Assembly (NCBI GenBank): GCA_964371555.1
Contig: CAYJMQ010000004.1
Location: 1,380-65,379 of the forward strand
Length of the DNA: 64,000 bases
Reading direction: 5' to 3'
Source of the DNA: an uncultured bacterium
Lineage (GTDB): Bacteria; Bdellovibrionota; JACOXK01; 2-02-FULL-40-11
Positions within the stretch are counted from its first letter, which is position 1. Every line of letters begins with the position of its first letter. The position numbers and the translations under genes were made by a program. This document shows, piece after piece, positions 12,697 to 22,062 of this stretch. The notes under the pieces are model-generated. The model had not been told where the DNA came from. It worked only from the letters and a program-made list of their open reading frames with translations, and made no database searches.

Positions 12697-13122
12697 ATGA
12701 GATTGTTCCTGATATGGGGTGTTATTTTATGGTTACCCATGAACGTGTTTGGTGATTCTTGTAAAGAATGGTTCAAAAAAGAAAAATTAAAACCAGGAAA
12801 AGATTGTCTTATGAAATGCGTTTCTACACCTGTCGAAATGGGAACATTTCATTGTACATCTACTTGTGAGGAATTATGTAAATCATCCTTATCAACTCAA
12901 GCCATACATAATTTACTATTATATCCAGGGTTAACGAAGAAGGAGAGAGCTTTAATAGCGGAAAAACCAATGGATTTAGCAAATAATCGAGCAGGCATTT
13001 TAGCAGCTGAAGAACTGGAAAAGAATCACAAAAGGACAAGCAAAGCTCTTGAGGAAAGGGCTTTAGAAGAGATGCGACATAATAGATTAATCGTTTTAGA
13101 CAAGAAAGGAATGCCAAAGTGA
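12697..13122 (+). CDS. Hypothetical secreted Cys-rich protein
   Basis: It has a signal peptide, MRLFLIWGVILWLPMNVFG. There is an N-terminal 8-Cys segment and then a charged helical tail. The region is extremely AT-rich. I recognise no family. Confidence 0.45.
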   Translation: MRLFLIWGVILWLPMNVFGDSCKEWFKKEKLKPGKDCLMKCVSTPVEMGTFHCTSTCEELCKSSLSTQAIHNLLLYPGLTKKERALIAEKPMDLANNRAGILAAEELEKNHKRTSKALEERALEEMRHNRLIVLDKKGMPK

Positions 13123-13535
13123 AAATTTTATTTAGAAAATTATTGGTAATCGGTTCAGTCTTTTTATTTATTTCAGCTACTCTCCTGTATGCTCAGCTTT
13201 TTCAGAAAGGGATATTCATGTCGGTTAAAGAGGCTGAGAAAAAGTGGGAGAGTAGATCATTTAATGCCGAAGCGTTTAAGAAAGGCAATATGTCTGTTCG
13301 GGCTTCTATGGCTGCCAGTATTATAAAAGAAAAATCTTTGCTTGGAAAAACAAACGTTGAAATTTGGAAGCTGTTGGGGAGACATGATGGATATTATTTT
13401 AGCGATTTGATCCCTACCTATATTATTGAAGATAATTCCATGCGGGGAGGCGACGTATGGCAGATCGTGTTTTTTTTGAATAGGGATGATCGGGTTAAAA
13501 CGATAACAATTCATAAAAATAGTTCTGAATATTAA
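13119..13535 (+). CDS. Hypothetical exported or membrane-anchored protein
   Basis: Its GTG start overlaps the upstream TGA (GTGA), which suggests translational coupling. There is an N-terminal hydrophobic segment. I recognise no family. Confidence 0.4.
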   Translation: MKILFRKLLVIGSVFLFISATLLYAQLFQKGIFMSVKEAEKKWESRSFNAEAFKKGNMSVRASMAASIIKEKSLLGKTNVEIWKLLGRHDGYYFSDLIPTYIIEDNSMRGGDVWQIVFFLNRDDRVKTITIHKNSSEY

Positions 13536-13553
13536 ATAAATGGAGGGCTTTTT

Positions 13554-14057
13554 GTGCCATTTACGCCATACCATTTTGGCCCTGGCTTATTAATTAAAGC
13601 TGTTTTTCGAAGAAAATTCAGTTTAGGAATTTTTATTTTGGCTCAAATTCTTATTGATTTTGAGGTTATCTGGAATCTATTAAAAGGAAATGATCGGCTT
13701 CATACTTTTTTCCATTCGTATATCGGCTCTTGTGTCGTTATTATAATTGTTGTTATTTTTGCTTACTTTATCAGCCATTTTTTAGATAAATATATTTATT
13801 TAAAAAATTTGTTTTCAAAGTTTATACCGTTAGATTCAAAACCATTTTTTTTCTCAGCCATCATTGGAGCGTGGTCGCATGTTTTTTTAGATAGTTTGAT
13901 GCATGCTGATATGACGCCATTGTATCCATTTTTTGCCAATAATTTTTTACTGAATCGAATATCATTATTGTCCTTGCATTTGGGCTGCGTATTTTCAGGA
14001 GGAATAGGCGCCGTGATATGGGGGGTAACTAAATTTAGAGAATATAAACAGTCGTAG
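13554..14057 (+). CDS. Hypothetical polytopic membrane protein (His-rich, possibly a membrane-bound metal-dependent hydrolase of the YdjM/DUF457 type)
   Basis: It has about 4 hydrophobic helices. Conserved-looking His and Asp residues occur at helix ends (YHFGPG, HSYIG, WSHVFLDSLMHAD). The family call is tentative. Confidence 0.35.
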   Translation: MPFTPYHFGPGLLIKAVFRRKFSLGIFILAQILIDFEVIWNLLKGNDRLHTFFHSYIGSCVVIIIVVIFAYFISHFLDKYIYLKNLFSKFIPLDSKPFFFSAIIGAWSHVFLDSLMHADMTPLYPFFANNFLLNRISLLSLHLGCVFSGGIGAVIWGVTKFREYKQS

Positions 14058-14112
14058 TCTCCATATTATTTGTTAACTGTCCACAAAAGGGAACTTGTCC
14101 CTTGCCAATACC

Positions 14113-14142
14113 GGTTCGCATACCGTACACCCGCCCCGATTG
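14113..14142 (+). repeat. Degenerate direct repeat of the tRNA-Pro 3' end (putative attR-like remnant)
   Basis: CCGGTTCGCATACCGTACACCCGCCCCGATTG was compared with the tRNA 3' half GGTTCAAATCCACTCACCCCGATTG. There is a 9-bp exact CCCCGATTG core plus flanking similarity. It lies at the point where the AT-rich block ends. Confidence 0.35.
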
Positions 14143-14260
14143 TGCCCAAAAAGAATCTCTCCCTAATACCCCAAAAAATGCCGGTCAATAAAATTAGCGA
14201 CTATCTTCCAGCTTGGGCCAATCATTGAAGCTTTCTGGAATTTTTGCTTCACATTCTGCG

Positions 14261-14920
14261 TTATCTAATCCGCTGAAGGATCCGTGCCCCTTCGTTCTCA
14301 TCGATGATCATAAATTTATTTTCTTTCGGCTCAAAGGCATAGACGTTTCCGGTACCGATATCAAACCACCATCCATGCAACCTGAGGGCACCTGTCGTCA
14401 GGCCATTGTCCACTTGGGGGTAGGTCTTTAGATTTTCTAGCTGACTCATCACATTTATCTGGGAAAGCTGGTCTTGAAGGCTTAACGAAGGGTCAAAGGC
14501 CTTTCCTTCTTCCAGTTGACGTCTTGCTTCATGGCCGTGCCGGATCCACTGTTTCAAATTCGGCGTAATTCCTTCTTTGCTCAAGAGAGATGCCATGCCA
14601 GCGCACCCAGAATGGCCGCAGATAATAATGTCCTTCACCTTCAGCATCTCCAACGCGATTTCAATTGCCGCAGCCTCAGACTCCCCATTCGGGTTTTCTT
14701 TGTCCGGATTGGCCGGGGGCACCAAGTTGCCCGGATTCCTGACAACGAAAAGGTCTCCCGGATCGGTGGATGCGAAGAGATTTGGAGCGACACGACTATC
14801 GGAGCAGGCGATCATGAGCGCGTCGGGGAACTGACCCAAGGCCAGATGCGCAAACTGTTCCCGGAGCCCCGGAAGGACGTTCTGGTGAAAATTGATGACC
14901 CCCTGTACTAACTTAATCAT
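14261..14920 (-). CDS. Beta-class carbonic anhydrase
   Basis: The zinc-ligand motifs are CSDSRV and HSGCAG. It is 219 aa and ends in MIKLVQGVI...-type CynT/Can architecture. Confidence 0.8.
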   Translation of the reverse strand: MIKLVQGVINFHQNVLPGLREQFAHLALGQFPDALMIACSDSRVAPNLFASTDPGDLFVVRNPGNLVPPANPDKENPNGESEAAAIEIALEMLKVKDIIICGHSGCAGMASLLSKEGITPNLKQWIRHGHEARRQLEEGKAFDPSLSLQDQLSQINVMSQLENLKTYPQVDNGLTTGALRLHGWWFDIGTGNVYAFEPKENKFMIIDENEGARILQRIR

Positions 14921-14975
14921 AATTTCTTAAATCCTTGTAGATGTCCCCTATAATAACGTTGCTCTCCTTTTTTAA

Positions 14976-15875
14976 TCAACCGAAGAGTTTTTTACGGGCG
15001 GCTTCGGAAATGGCAACGACTGCGGGATGTTTGAGTCTCCGCTCTACGGAGATGGCGTAGAACCGCTCTCGCACATCTTCCACCCGCCCGATGGCCTGAA
15101 CCTGATACTGTCTCTGAACTTCGGTCTCTATCACCGAGGGTACGGCAAAAATCCCGTTCCCCGTCTGTCCAAATACCTTCAGTAATGCGCTGTCCTCAAA
15201 CTCACCGACCACCCGGGGACGAATCCCTTTTGACATCAACCACTGATCGAGGGAACGTCGCTCGGTCGTATTTTCTGTTGGGAGCAAAAGAGGGGCTCCG
15301 TCTAAAGACTTTGGGAATCCTCGCCGATAAGCCGCTGCCAGACGTGGCGCCGCCATGAAAACCACGCCGCATTCCCCGAGAAGATGGTTAAACGCCCGGA
15401 TTCGAATTGTCGGTCCGACGGGGGCATCTGACAGAACGACATCGAGGTGATGCACCGCCAGTTCCGCCAGGAGCCGGTCTGGTTTGTCTTCGCGGCAGAC
15501 GATCTGAACCGGTTCGGAGAGGCGTAAAGCTGGTTCTAAAAGCCTGTAGGCCACCAGCTTCGGAACGACGTCGGCCACACCCACAAGGAGGCATAGAGGT
15601 CGAGAAGAGGGACCACCTTTCAAAACATCCTGAAGTTCCCGTCCCAGCGAGAAAATTTCATCGGCATAGCGAAAAACCACCCGACCGACGTCGGTCAAAA
15701 TCAGATTTCGTCCCGATCGCTGAAAGAGTTTTTCTCCCAACGATTCCTCAAGAGATCGGATCTGTCCGCTAATAGTCGGTTGGGCCAGACGAAGTTCCGA
15801 TGTCGCGCGGGCAATACTCCCTTCCTTCGCAACGGTCCAAAAATAAAGGAGATGGTGATAGTTAATCCAATTCAT
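14976..15875 (-). CDS. LysR-family transcriptional regulator, NhaR-like
   Basis: The N-terminal HTH INYHHLLYFWTVAKEGSIARA...TISGQIRSLEE closely resembles E. coli NhaR. A C-terminal substrate-binding domain is present. It was trimmed to M7 of the ORF-track frame. Confidence 0.7.
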   Translation of the reverse strand: MNWINYHHLLYFWTVAKEGSIARATSELRLAQPTISGQIRSLEESLGEKLFQRSGRNLILTDVGRVVFRYADEIFSLGRELQDVLKGGPSSRPLCLLVGVADVVPKLVAYRLLEPALRLSEPVQIVCREDKPDRLLAELAVHHLDVVLSDAPVGPTIRIRAFNHLLGECGVVFMAAPRLAAAYRRGFPKSLDGAPLLLPTENTTERRSLDQWLMSKGIRPRVVGEFEDSALLKVFGQTGNGIFAVPSVIETEVQRQYQVQAIGRVEDVRERFYAISVERRLKHPAVVAISEAARKKLFG

Positions 15876-15982
15876 CCACCTATTCGGATACATCGGATAA
15901 ACAAATGAATCAATTCAAAACTATCTATTAGTCAATTTTGGGTTCATATCCTAAAAACGTCGGTCTTGGTTGGAAGAAAGAA

Positions 15983-16861
15983 ATGACTAAGCCACTTATG
16001 GAATCCGATATCCCCTATTTGCCGCTCCTCTTTCACGGCAAGGTCCGGGACATTTATGACTTGGGAGAAGAGTTACTCCTTGTAGCAACCGACAGGCTCT
16101 CAGCCTTTGACGTTGTCTTTCCGACTCCGATCCCTGGCAAGGGGGAGATCCTGACTCAACTGAGCTACTTCTGGTTTCAGAAGATGAAGGAGATCATCCC
16201 CAACCACGTGTCCGAGCGACCTGTCGATGAGATCTTCAAGACGAAAGAGGATGTCGTCCTCTATGGTAAGCGCTCCATGCGCGTCAAAAAGACAACGCCG
16301 TTAGCCATCGAGGCCATCATACGCGGCTACCTTTCGGGCTCAGGCTGGAGCGATTATCAAAAAAACGGTGCCGTCTGCGGGATCAAGCTTCCGAATGATA
16401 TGAAGGAGTCCGAAAAAATCCCAGAACCCATTTTTACACCGGCCACAAAAGCTCCCCAAGGACAACATGACGAAAATGTTTCATTTGAGGTGGCCTGCAA
16501 GATCGTCGGTCGTGAGACGGCGGAAAAAGTCCGCCATGTGAGTCTGCGTATTTATAAGGAAGGATTGGCCCATGCGAATAGCCGTGGGCTTCTCTTGGCC
16601 GACACGAAGTTTGAGTTTGGTATCCTGAACGGGGAACTGATCCTCATCGATGAGGTCCTCACGCCGGATTCGTCCCGCTTTTGGCCGAAGAACCAATATC
16701 AGGTGGGGATATCGCCCCCGAGTTTCGACAAACAATTTGTGAGGGATTACCTCACGAAAATTGGCTGGAACAAGAAGCCACCAGCGCCGGAATTGCCGCC
16801 GAACATCGTTGAACAGACTGCCGCCCGTTATCGGGAGGCCTTGGAGCGCCTGACGAAATGA
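15983..16861 (+). CDS. purC: Phosphoribosylaminoimidazole-succinocarboxamide synthase (long form)
   Basis: Motifs GKVRDIYD, LLLVATDRLSAFDVV and LADTKFEFG are present. It is about 292 aa from the ATG at 15983. The ORF-track start at 15938 is also possible. Confidence 0.8.
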   Translation: MTKPLMESDIPYLPLLFHGKVRDIYDLGEELLLVATDRLSAFDVVFPTPIPGKGEILTQLSYFWFQKMKEIIPNHVSERPVDEIFKTKEDVVLYGKRSMRVKKTTPLAIEAIIRGYLSGSGWSDYQKNGAVCGIKLPNDMKESEKIPEPIFTPATKAPQGQHDENVSFEVACKIVGRETAEKVRHVSLRIYKEGLAHANSRGLLLADTKFEFGILNGELILIDEVLTPDSSRFWPKNQYQVGISPPSFDKQFVRDYLTKIGWNKKPPAPELPPNIVEQTAARYREALERLTK

Positions 16862-16902
16862 CCAAGAGGAGCGGGAAATAAAAATGATGCTGGGGGTTCT
16901 CA

Positions 16903-17310
16903 CTAGATCTTCCCCTTTAGCCTAGCAAGCCATTGTGGAGGGAAAACAAAATAAAGAACCAGTATCAGCACACCGAATGCCAAGTAGGCGGTCTTAAACA
17001 CCCACGGCTCAAAATTATAATAAAGAAGCCTGCTCACCCAGTAGCTGATGAATGAGCCACCATAACCCTGCTTTCCGGCCATCAAACGGAGCTTCTCCTC
17101 CCAAGTCGTCCATGGACAAGCAATACCCAATAAAGTTTGCCCCATCATTATGCCAACTAAAAGAAGATGAATATTACGAAACCATGAATTCAGCACAAAC
17201 GACCACCTAAAAACCTTACCCATAAGAACAAGAGGAACTGGCACGATAATACAAAGAACATACAGAAAATGAATGACCAAAAGAAGATCAGCTAAGAACA
17301 GAAGTAACAT
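16903..17310 (-). CDS. Hypothetical small membrane protein (DUF2784-like)
   Basis: A 135-aa ORF with 4 predicted TM helices. An ACPWTTWE motif is typical of DUF2784 as I recall it. Confidence 0.4.
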   Translation of the reverse strand: MLLLFLADLLLVIHFLYVLCIIVPVPLVLMGKVFRWSFVLNSWFRNIHLLLVGIMMGQTLLGIACPWTTWEEKLRLMAGKQGYGGSFISYWVSRLLYYNFEPWVFKTAYLAFGVLILVLYFVFPPQWLARLKGKI

Positions 17311-17513
17311 GATTTCAGAATAGTATTTGCATCGGTTAGAATGCCTAAATTTTCACTTCCACCGGTGGCAGTACTGGATGTACGAGCTGTCAACTTCGGA
17401 TTCACTGAGAGCAACACTATTTCCAGAGACTTCATAACCAAAGAAAGGGAGAATCAAGTGAACAGCTCTCAAACTAGCATTTTTCAAAGAATCAATTCTA
17501 AAAAATTAAACCC

Positions 17514-18257
17514 TTATCTCCGAACTGGCTCTATATAATTTCGAAAGAGAATTCCTACCTTTTGCAGCGCAACCTCCATTGCAAATCGAATCATAAAGTT
17601 GGGGAGAACGCTTGAAATGTTTTCTGTTTCCATCTCACCCTGGAAAATGGCAAGTAATGAATCTTCTTTTTCTCTGTTTCTGGAAACACGATGCCCCATC
17701 TGAGTGGAAACCAGTGTGGGTCTTATTTTTTGAACCGTCATCGTTCCCCTAAATCCAACAAATCGCTCATTTTCAAATTTTAATCCAAGAGAATTCGCGG
17801 GGACAACTTGAAAATTGATAATCGTGCGGTCAATCAGTTTTTCCTCATGGATTTTCATAAGGCTCTCCACTTCATAATCGATCAATGCTGTTTTTAATGC
17901 TGATTTTATATGAATGTAGGTTCCCCCCGTCTTTATCTTTTTTAACGAGGAGGCCTTGATATATTTGGGCGCGATCTTCTCCAAAGATTCGTAATCAGTC
18001 ATAAATTTCGTAACCTGTTCCAGAGAAACATGGTGAAGTATTCCCCCGGCTTTGACAGAAAGCATGCGTAAATTTTCTTTTTCAGGATGCGTAAGGGTAT
18101 TTACAACACTGATGATCTCGCGATTCATCATCCTCTTTTGGATTTCTGCCCGATGATAAAAATCAATGGCGGGTTTTAAATCGAGGGGGCAAAAAAGAAT
18201 AAGGACAAGGCAACAAAAGAAAACAGTTCCCCACCATTTTCCATTGGCCGTTTTCAT
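17514..18257 (-). CDS. Hypothetical secreted protein
   Basis: It has an N-terminal signal or anchor, WWGTVFFCCLVLILFCPL. It is 247 aa. It is the last gene of the LMF-like operon and follows the EF-hand lipoprotein after a 93-bp gap. I recognise no family. Confidence 0.4.
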   Translation of the reverse strand: MKTANGKWWGTVFFCCLVLILFCPLDLKPAIDFYHRAEIQKRMMNREIISVVNTLTHPEKENLRMLSVKAGGILHHVSLEQVTKFMTDYESLEKIAPKYIKASSLKKIKTGGTYIHIKSALKTALIDYEVESLMKIHEEKLIDRTIINFQVVPANSLGLKFENERFVGFRGTMTVQKIRPTLVSTQMGHRVSRNREKEDSLLAIFQGEMETENISSVLPNFMIRFAMEVALQKVGILFRNYIEPVRR

Positions 18258-18350
18258 TATGATCTACTAGAACCTTACATTTCAAGTGTAGCAGATGTTG
18301 ACAAAACATTGCAAGAAGTCGCTGGCGCCCATTTCCTTAAGGACATGGGC

Positions 18351-20696
18351 TTACGGCTGTTTCAAATATCCCCTCATGACATGCGCGAGGAGACTCGCGA
18401 CTTTAAGGCGGTCAGACCCGATTTTTGAAGATGAAAAGAGAAGATCGGCGCTGAATTCCGGGAGTTTTCCAAATGAGAGAGAATATTCAAAAACACGTCT
18501 GTAGATTACTTTTTTATCTATAAACGGCATCAAAAAATTATTGAGTAAAATAGATAAGAACTTTCCAATGGCGCCAAAGACCGGAATTTTTCCTGCGGCG
18601 CCCGGCTGACTGTTATATTCATCAACTAATTTTTCAATGATCGGTTCAAAGTGTCTATACATCAATCGGATCTCACTTTTGTTTAGAGTTCCATCCTGAT
18701 CATTGTCAAAACGCAGAAAAAGATGTTCGATCGTTCGCACAATCATAAAGATTGCTGACAGCTCTTTCACAGAAATAATTTGAGGGTGATTCCTTCCAAT
18801 AAGCTGAACGATCGTTTCAATGTATTGAATGATGTCCTTTTCTGACATCACCTTCATGGCCACTGGAAAATACCACCGAAGCGTTGGAACCTTTTTAAGC
18901 GATTCCACAAGATTTTCTCTGAGCAAGCCGATCTCTTTTGAGTTTGGGAACTGATGGTGGAAGGGGATGACCTCATGATCCCAATAAAACCAGGTTACAG
19001 CCCGATTGTTTTCAAGAATAAAGCTCGTCGCTTCGATAATTTCATAACGATCGAGAGTGTTGTCGCCATTGCTGTTATAGAGCATCTGATCTGAAAGGAG
19101 CATAAGAATTTTTCCAAGTGTCTTGGTGTCCAAATCAAGCGGATTGGTCCAAATTCTTCGATGGGGGGTCAGATTCTCTTTTTTATCCCCTTCGGTGAGC
19201 ATGTCGAGTCCTTTCACAAGCCTCTGGAGGGTCGCCAGAAATGATGTGAGCTCTATATCTCCAATTTCAGCAGGGGAGCCGGGATCAAGCGGAACCATGG
19301 AGAGCTTTCCATCGCGGTTTTTATCATAGGCTGAAATGATGCGATCGATCGGCACAAACGCTGTCTGCGTGAGTGTAAAGGAATGCTTTCGAATGACCTC
19401 GGTTTTCTGAAAGGGGGTTGTCCAAAGATAGAGCGTCTTTGTGAAATCAGAAATCATCAGCTTAAATTTTTTCCTGATCTCCGGGGAGAGATTTCCGTCA
19501 TGAGCCTTAATCCATGCCGCTATTTCTTCTTTTTTGATTTCATAAATTTCCCCTGAAAAAGAAAAAAGGGAAGAGGCCTTTCCATAAATATCGATACTTT
19601 CATCAAAAATTTTAAGAAGCTCTTTAATTTCATCGCGACCCAAAACTTGAGGATTTCCCCCAAATAATTGCATTTTAAACTCAAAGACCGCGGTCACAAA
19701 TTCGCGAGCCTTTCCACCGATATGCGCGTGAAGAAGCTCAAGGAGTGTAATTAACTCCTCACGTTTTATTTCTGAAAGATTTTTATCAAAAAATGCCTTT
19801 AGCAATACCTGCAAAAGATATTGATAGGCATGAAGGAAACTAAGAGAGTCTTTGGATGTCCAGATCTCTTTCTCCAGATGCTGGTTGATTTGAGTGACCA
19901 GATGGTAGACCGATTCCAGATATGTTAAGAATTCTGGCATCTCACGGGCGACAACATTCTCTTCGCTCTCTCCAAAAAGCATACGATTGGCGAGATAGCC
20001 AGCCCGAATGTAGTGCGATCCGATCTCGTCTTCGAGCCCTTCCCAAAGCTGATATTGTCTGAGAAGGAGCTCTTTTGGAGTATCATGATCGATCAGACCG
20101 TGATTATTTTCAAACATCGCGCGGATCAGATCGATGTAACCGCTAAAGAGTCTTTTCCTCAGTTCCCAGTAGAGATCTTCTTTTTTATGGGTCTCTCTGT
20201 ATGAAAAAGAGAGCTTCGAAAGCCGGCTGATTTTTTGAGAGCCCCTCCTGACCCTTTTTATAACCTCTTCAATTTCAGAAAAACGGATTGAGTCCCCTCG
20301 TTCACCCAAAAGAAGATTACGCGCCGAAAAGAGGCGGTCGACCCAGATCTGAAGTTCCTCAGGATCACCGAGAATTTTTGAGTTGAGTAGTGTTTCTATT
20401 TCCCTTCTCGTGAGCTCCCCTTTTTTGCGTGGTTCAATTTGTTCATCGGCCTCATGGAGTATGGAGAGCAGACATTCTGTCGTTTGGCTAATTTCATTTT
20501 CACCCAGGGTTCCCATTTCAAAATGATTTTTAATTTTATCAAGATCGATTTGGCAGGAACCGTCGCTGAGGGCCGGATCATTTGTGAGGTCGAGCCGCTC
20601 TTTATTTGATCTGGGCGAAGGGGCTTTTTCTCCAACCCAGCCGCAGCCAGTTATCCACACAAACACAAGACTTAAAAGAAGATATTTAAAAAACAT
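18351..20696 (-). CDS. Large lipoprotein with EF-hand calcium-binding loops
   Basis: A 781-aa ORF. The lipobox is LVFVWITGC. There is a canonical EF-hand loop DNDQDGTLNKSE plus the further DxNxDG-like loops DKNRDGKLS and NGDNTLDRYE. It is mostly helical. It overlaps the upstream OMP gene by 11 nt. Confidence 0.5.
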   Translation of the reverse strand: MFFKYLLLSLVFVWITGCGWVGEKAPSPRSNKERLDLTNDPALSDGSCQIDLDKIKNHFEMGTLGENEISQTTECLLSILHEADEQIEPRKKGELTRREIETLLNSKILGDPEELQIWVDRLFSARNLLLGERGDSIRFSEIEEVIKRVRRGSQKISRLSKLSFSYRETHKKEDLYWELRKRLFSGYIDLIRAMFENNHGLIDHDTPKELLLRQYQLWEGLEDEIGSHYIRAGYLANRMLFGESEENVVAREMPEFLTYLESVYHLVTQINQHLEKEIWTSKDSLSFLHAYQYLLQVLLKAFFDKNLSEIKREELITLLELLHAHIGGKAREFVTAVFEFKMQLFGGNPQVLGRDEIKELLKIFDESIDIYGKASSLFSFSGEIYEIKKEEIAAWIKAHDGNLSPEIRKKFKLMISDFTKTLYLWTTPFQKTEVIRKHSFTLTQTAFVPIDRIISAYDKNRDGKLSMVPLDPGSPAEIGDIELTSFLATLQRLVKGLDMLTEGDKKENLTPHRRIWTNPLDLDTKTLGKILMLLSDQMLYNSNGDNTLDRYEIIEATSFILENNRAVTWFYWDHEVIPFHHQFPNSKEIGLLRENLVESLKKVPTLRWYFPVAMKVMSEKDIIQYIETIVQLIGRNHPQIISVKELSAIFMIVRTIEHLFLRFDNDQDGTLNKSEIRLMYRHFEPIIEKLVDEYNSQPGAAGKIPVFGAIGKFLSILLNNFLMPFIDKKVIYRRVFEYSLSFGKLPEFSADLLFSSSKIGSDRLKVASLLAHVMRGYLKQP

Positions 20697-22062
20697 AACT
20701 CCCCTTCATCCAGATCCGATCATTGGCGCGAAACATCCCCCAATAGGTCTGCTCTTCGCCGGAGATGACATCAAAACCGATACCAAATTTCATCTGTGTA
20801 AAAGGTCCCAGAGCGACTTCCCCCCGCAGCTGCCTCTGTCTCATAGAAAGATCTGTTTCACAAGAAAGGGAAAATTGAGAAGCAGCCGATGGCCGTAGAG
20901 CTATTTTTGAAAACAACGTTTGTTCGGGGTGGCTGGGGAGAGGGGAGGGGGGGATCGCGGCATCCCTCAAATTTTTCGTAAATAGGGCGGCCACAGTCCA
21001 CTCAGGGAGCCAGCGACGGTTTGTTTTCATCTGAACCCCTGTCATATTTTTTAATGCCGATTCGCGATCGACATAAACCCCATCGTAAAAAAAATCGATA
21101 TCCCAAAAGATTTTGCTCTGGATGATGTTCACCCCAGACTGGAAACCGATCATCTGCTCCCGAATAAATTCGGGATAAAGATGAACCATCGCCTCTAATA
21201 ATGACTCATCTTTAATATGAAGTTTAGCGTTATGACGAAGAGTCGGCTCAGGATTGAGATAAGCGGCCCCCAGAGCGGCAAAACGGATCCGTTCTGTCTG
21301 TAAAGAAATCCGCAGCCATCCCCCTTGATTCAATACGACATTTTTGGCTGATGGGAGATGAAGCGAATAATCGATAGGAATCACCGCATCCCCCACTTTT
21401 ATTTCTTCAAAAAGAGGGGGGAGCCAGCGGGAAACAGAACTGAGATGCTCATCTGAAGTTTTTTCAAACCGAATCCCCCCCCTGTTTGGAATAAACAGCG
21501 GTGAAAAGAAAAGTTCAATTTGGAAGATGGGGCGCTGATAGGAACCAAGAATTCCAACGATTCCATCGGTGATGTTCGTTAATGGATCAATCACAAATTT
21601 TGGAAACATTTTTTGAAGCGGCCCCCCGCACATTGTATCGATATCCCGCTTTGCCCAGTCTGGAAGGATTCTTCCAATTCGCAGGTTTAAATTTTTTGAA
21701 TTTAAGCCTGCAAATATTTCTCGAACATCAAACCAGTCTGATGTCTGCTGCGGAATGACCCCCCAGAGATCTACGGAGAGTCCATACTGAAACCATGCCG
21801 GTCTTTTCTTCGATTTGTGCGATAAATTCAGATGATACCTCGACTCCAGTTGATTATTGAGGTGTATGGATGAATAGGCAAGCGCCATCGCCTCCGCCTC
21901 GAGAGTCTGTGAATAAATCGTACCCCCGATACCAATGACACCCAAGATATAAAGAAGAAGAGAAAGAAAGAATACCGTTCGAGACAACACCCTTATCACG
22001 AACGGAGTTGTAGCACAGTCCTTTGCCCTATCCAATAAAAAGTAATTTAATTCCCCGTCCAC
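20686..22062 (-). CDS. Putative outer-membrane beta-barrel protein
   Basis: A 458-aa ORF. It has an internal signal-like segment VFFLSLLLYILGVIGIGGTIYSQTLEAEA, so the true start is probably downstream of the ORF-track M. Amphipathic beta patterning runs throughout. The C-terminus ...WMKGSYVF ends in Phe. It abuts the upstream gene. Confidence 0.45.
   Translation of the reverse strand: MDGELNYFLLDRAKDCATTPFVIRVLSRTVFFLSLLLYILGVIGIGGTIYSQTLEAEAMALAYSSIHLNNQLESRYHLNLSHKSKKRPAWFQYGLSVDLWGVIPQQTSDWFDVREIFAGLNSKNLNLRIGRILPDWAKRDIDTMCGGPLQKMFPKFVIDPLTNITDGIVGILGSYQRPIFQIELFFSPLFIPNRGGIRFEKTSDEHLSSVSRWLPPLFEEIKVGDAVIPIDYSLHLPSAKNVVLNQGGWLRISLQTERIRFAALGAAYLNPEPTLRHNAKLHIKDESLLEAMVHLYPEFIREQMIGFQSGVNIIQSKIFWDIDFFYDGVYVDRESALKNMTGVQMKTNRRWLPEWTVAALFTKNLRDAAIPPSPLPSHPEQTLFSKIALRPSAASQFSLSCETDLSMRQRQLRGEVALGPFTQMKFGIGFDVISGEEQTYWGMFRANDRIWMKGSYVF

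Noticed and set aside
17341-17538. A 65-aa + strand ORF in the gap between the DUF2784-like gene and the LMF operon.
   Set aside because: It has no RBS, an odd composition, and runs into the downstream - strand gene. It is more likely a promoter or terminator region for the flanking - strand genes.
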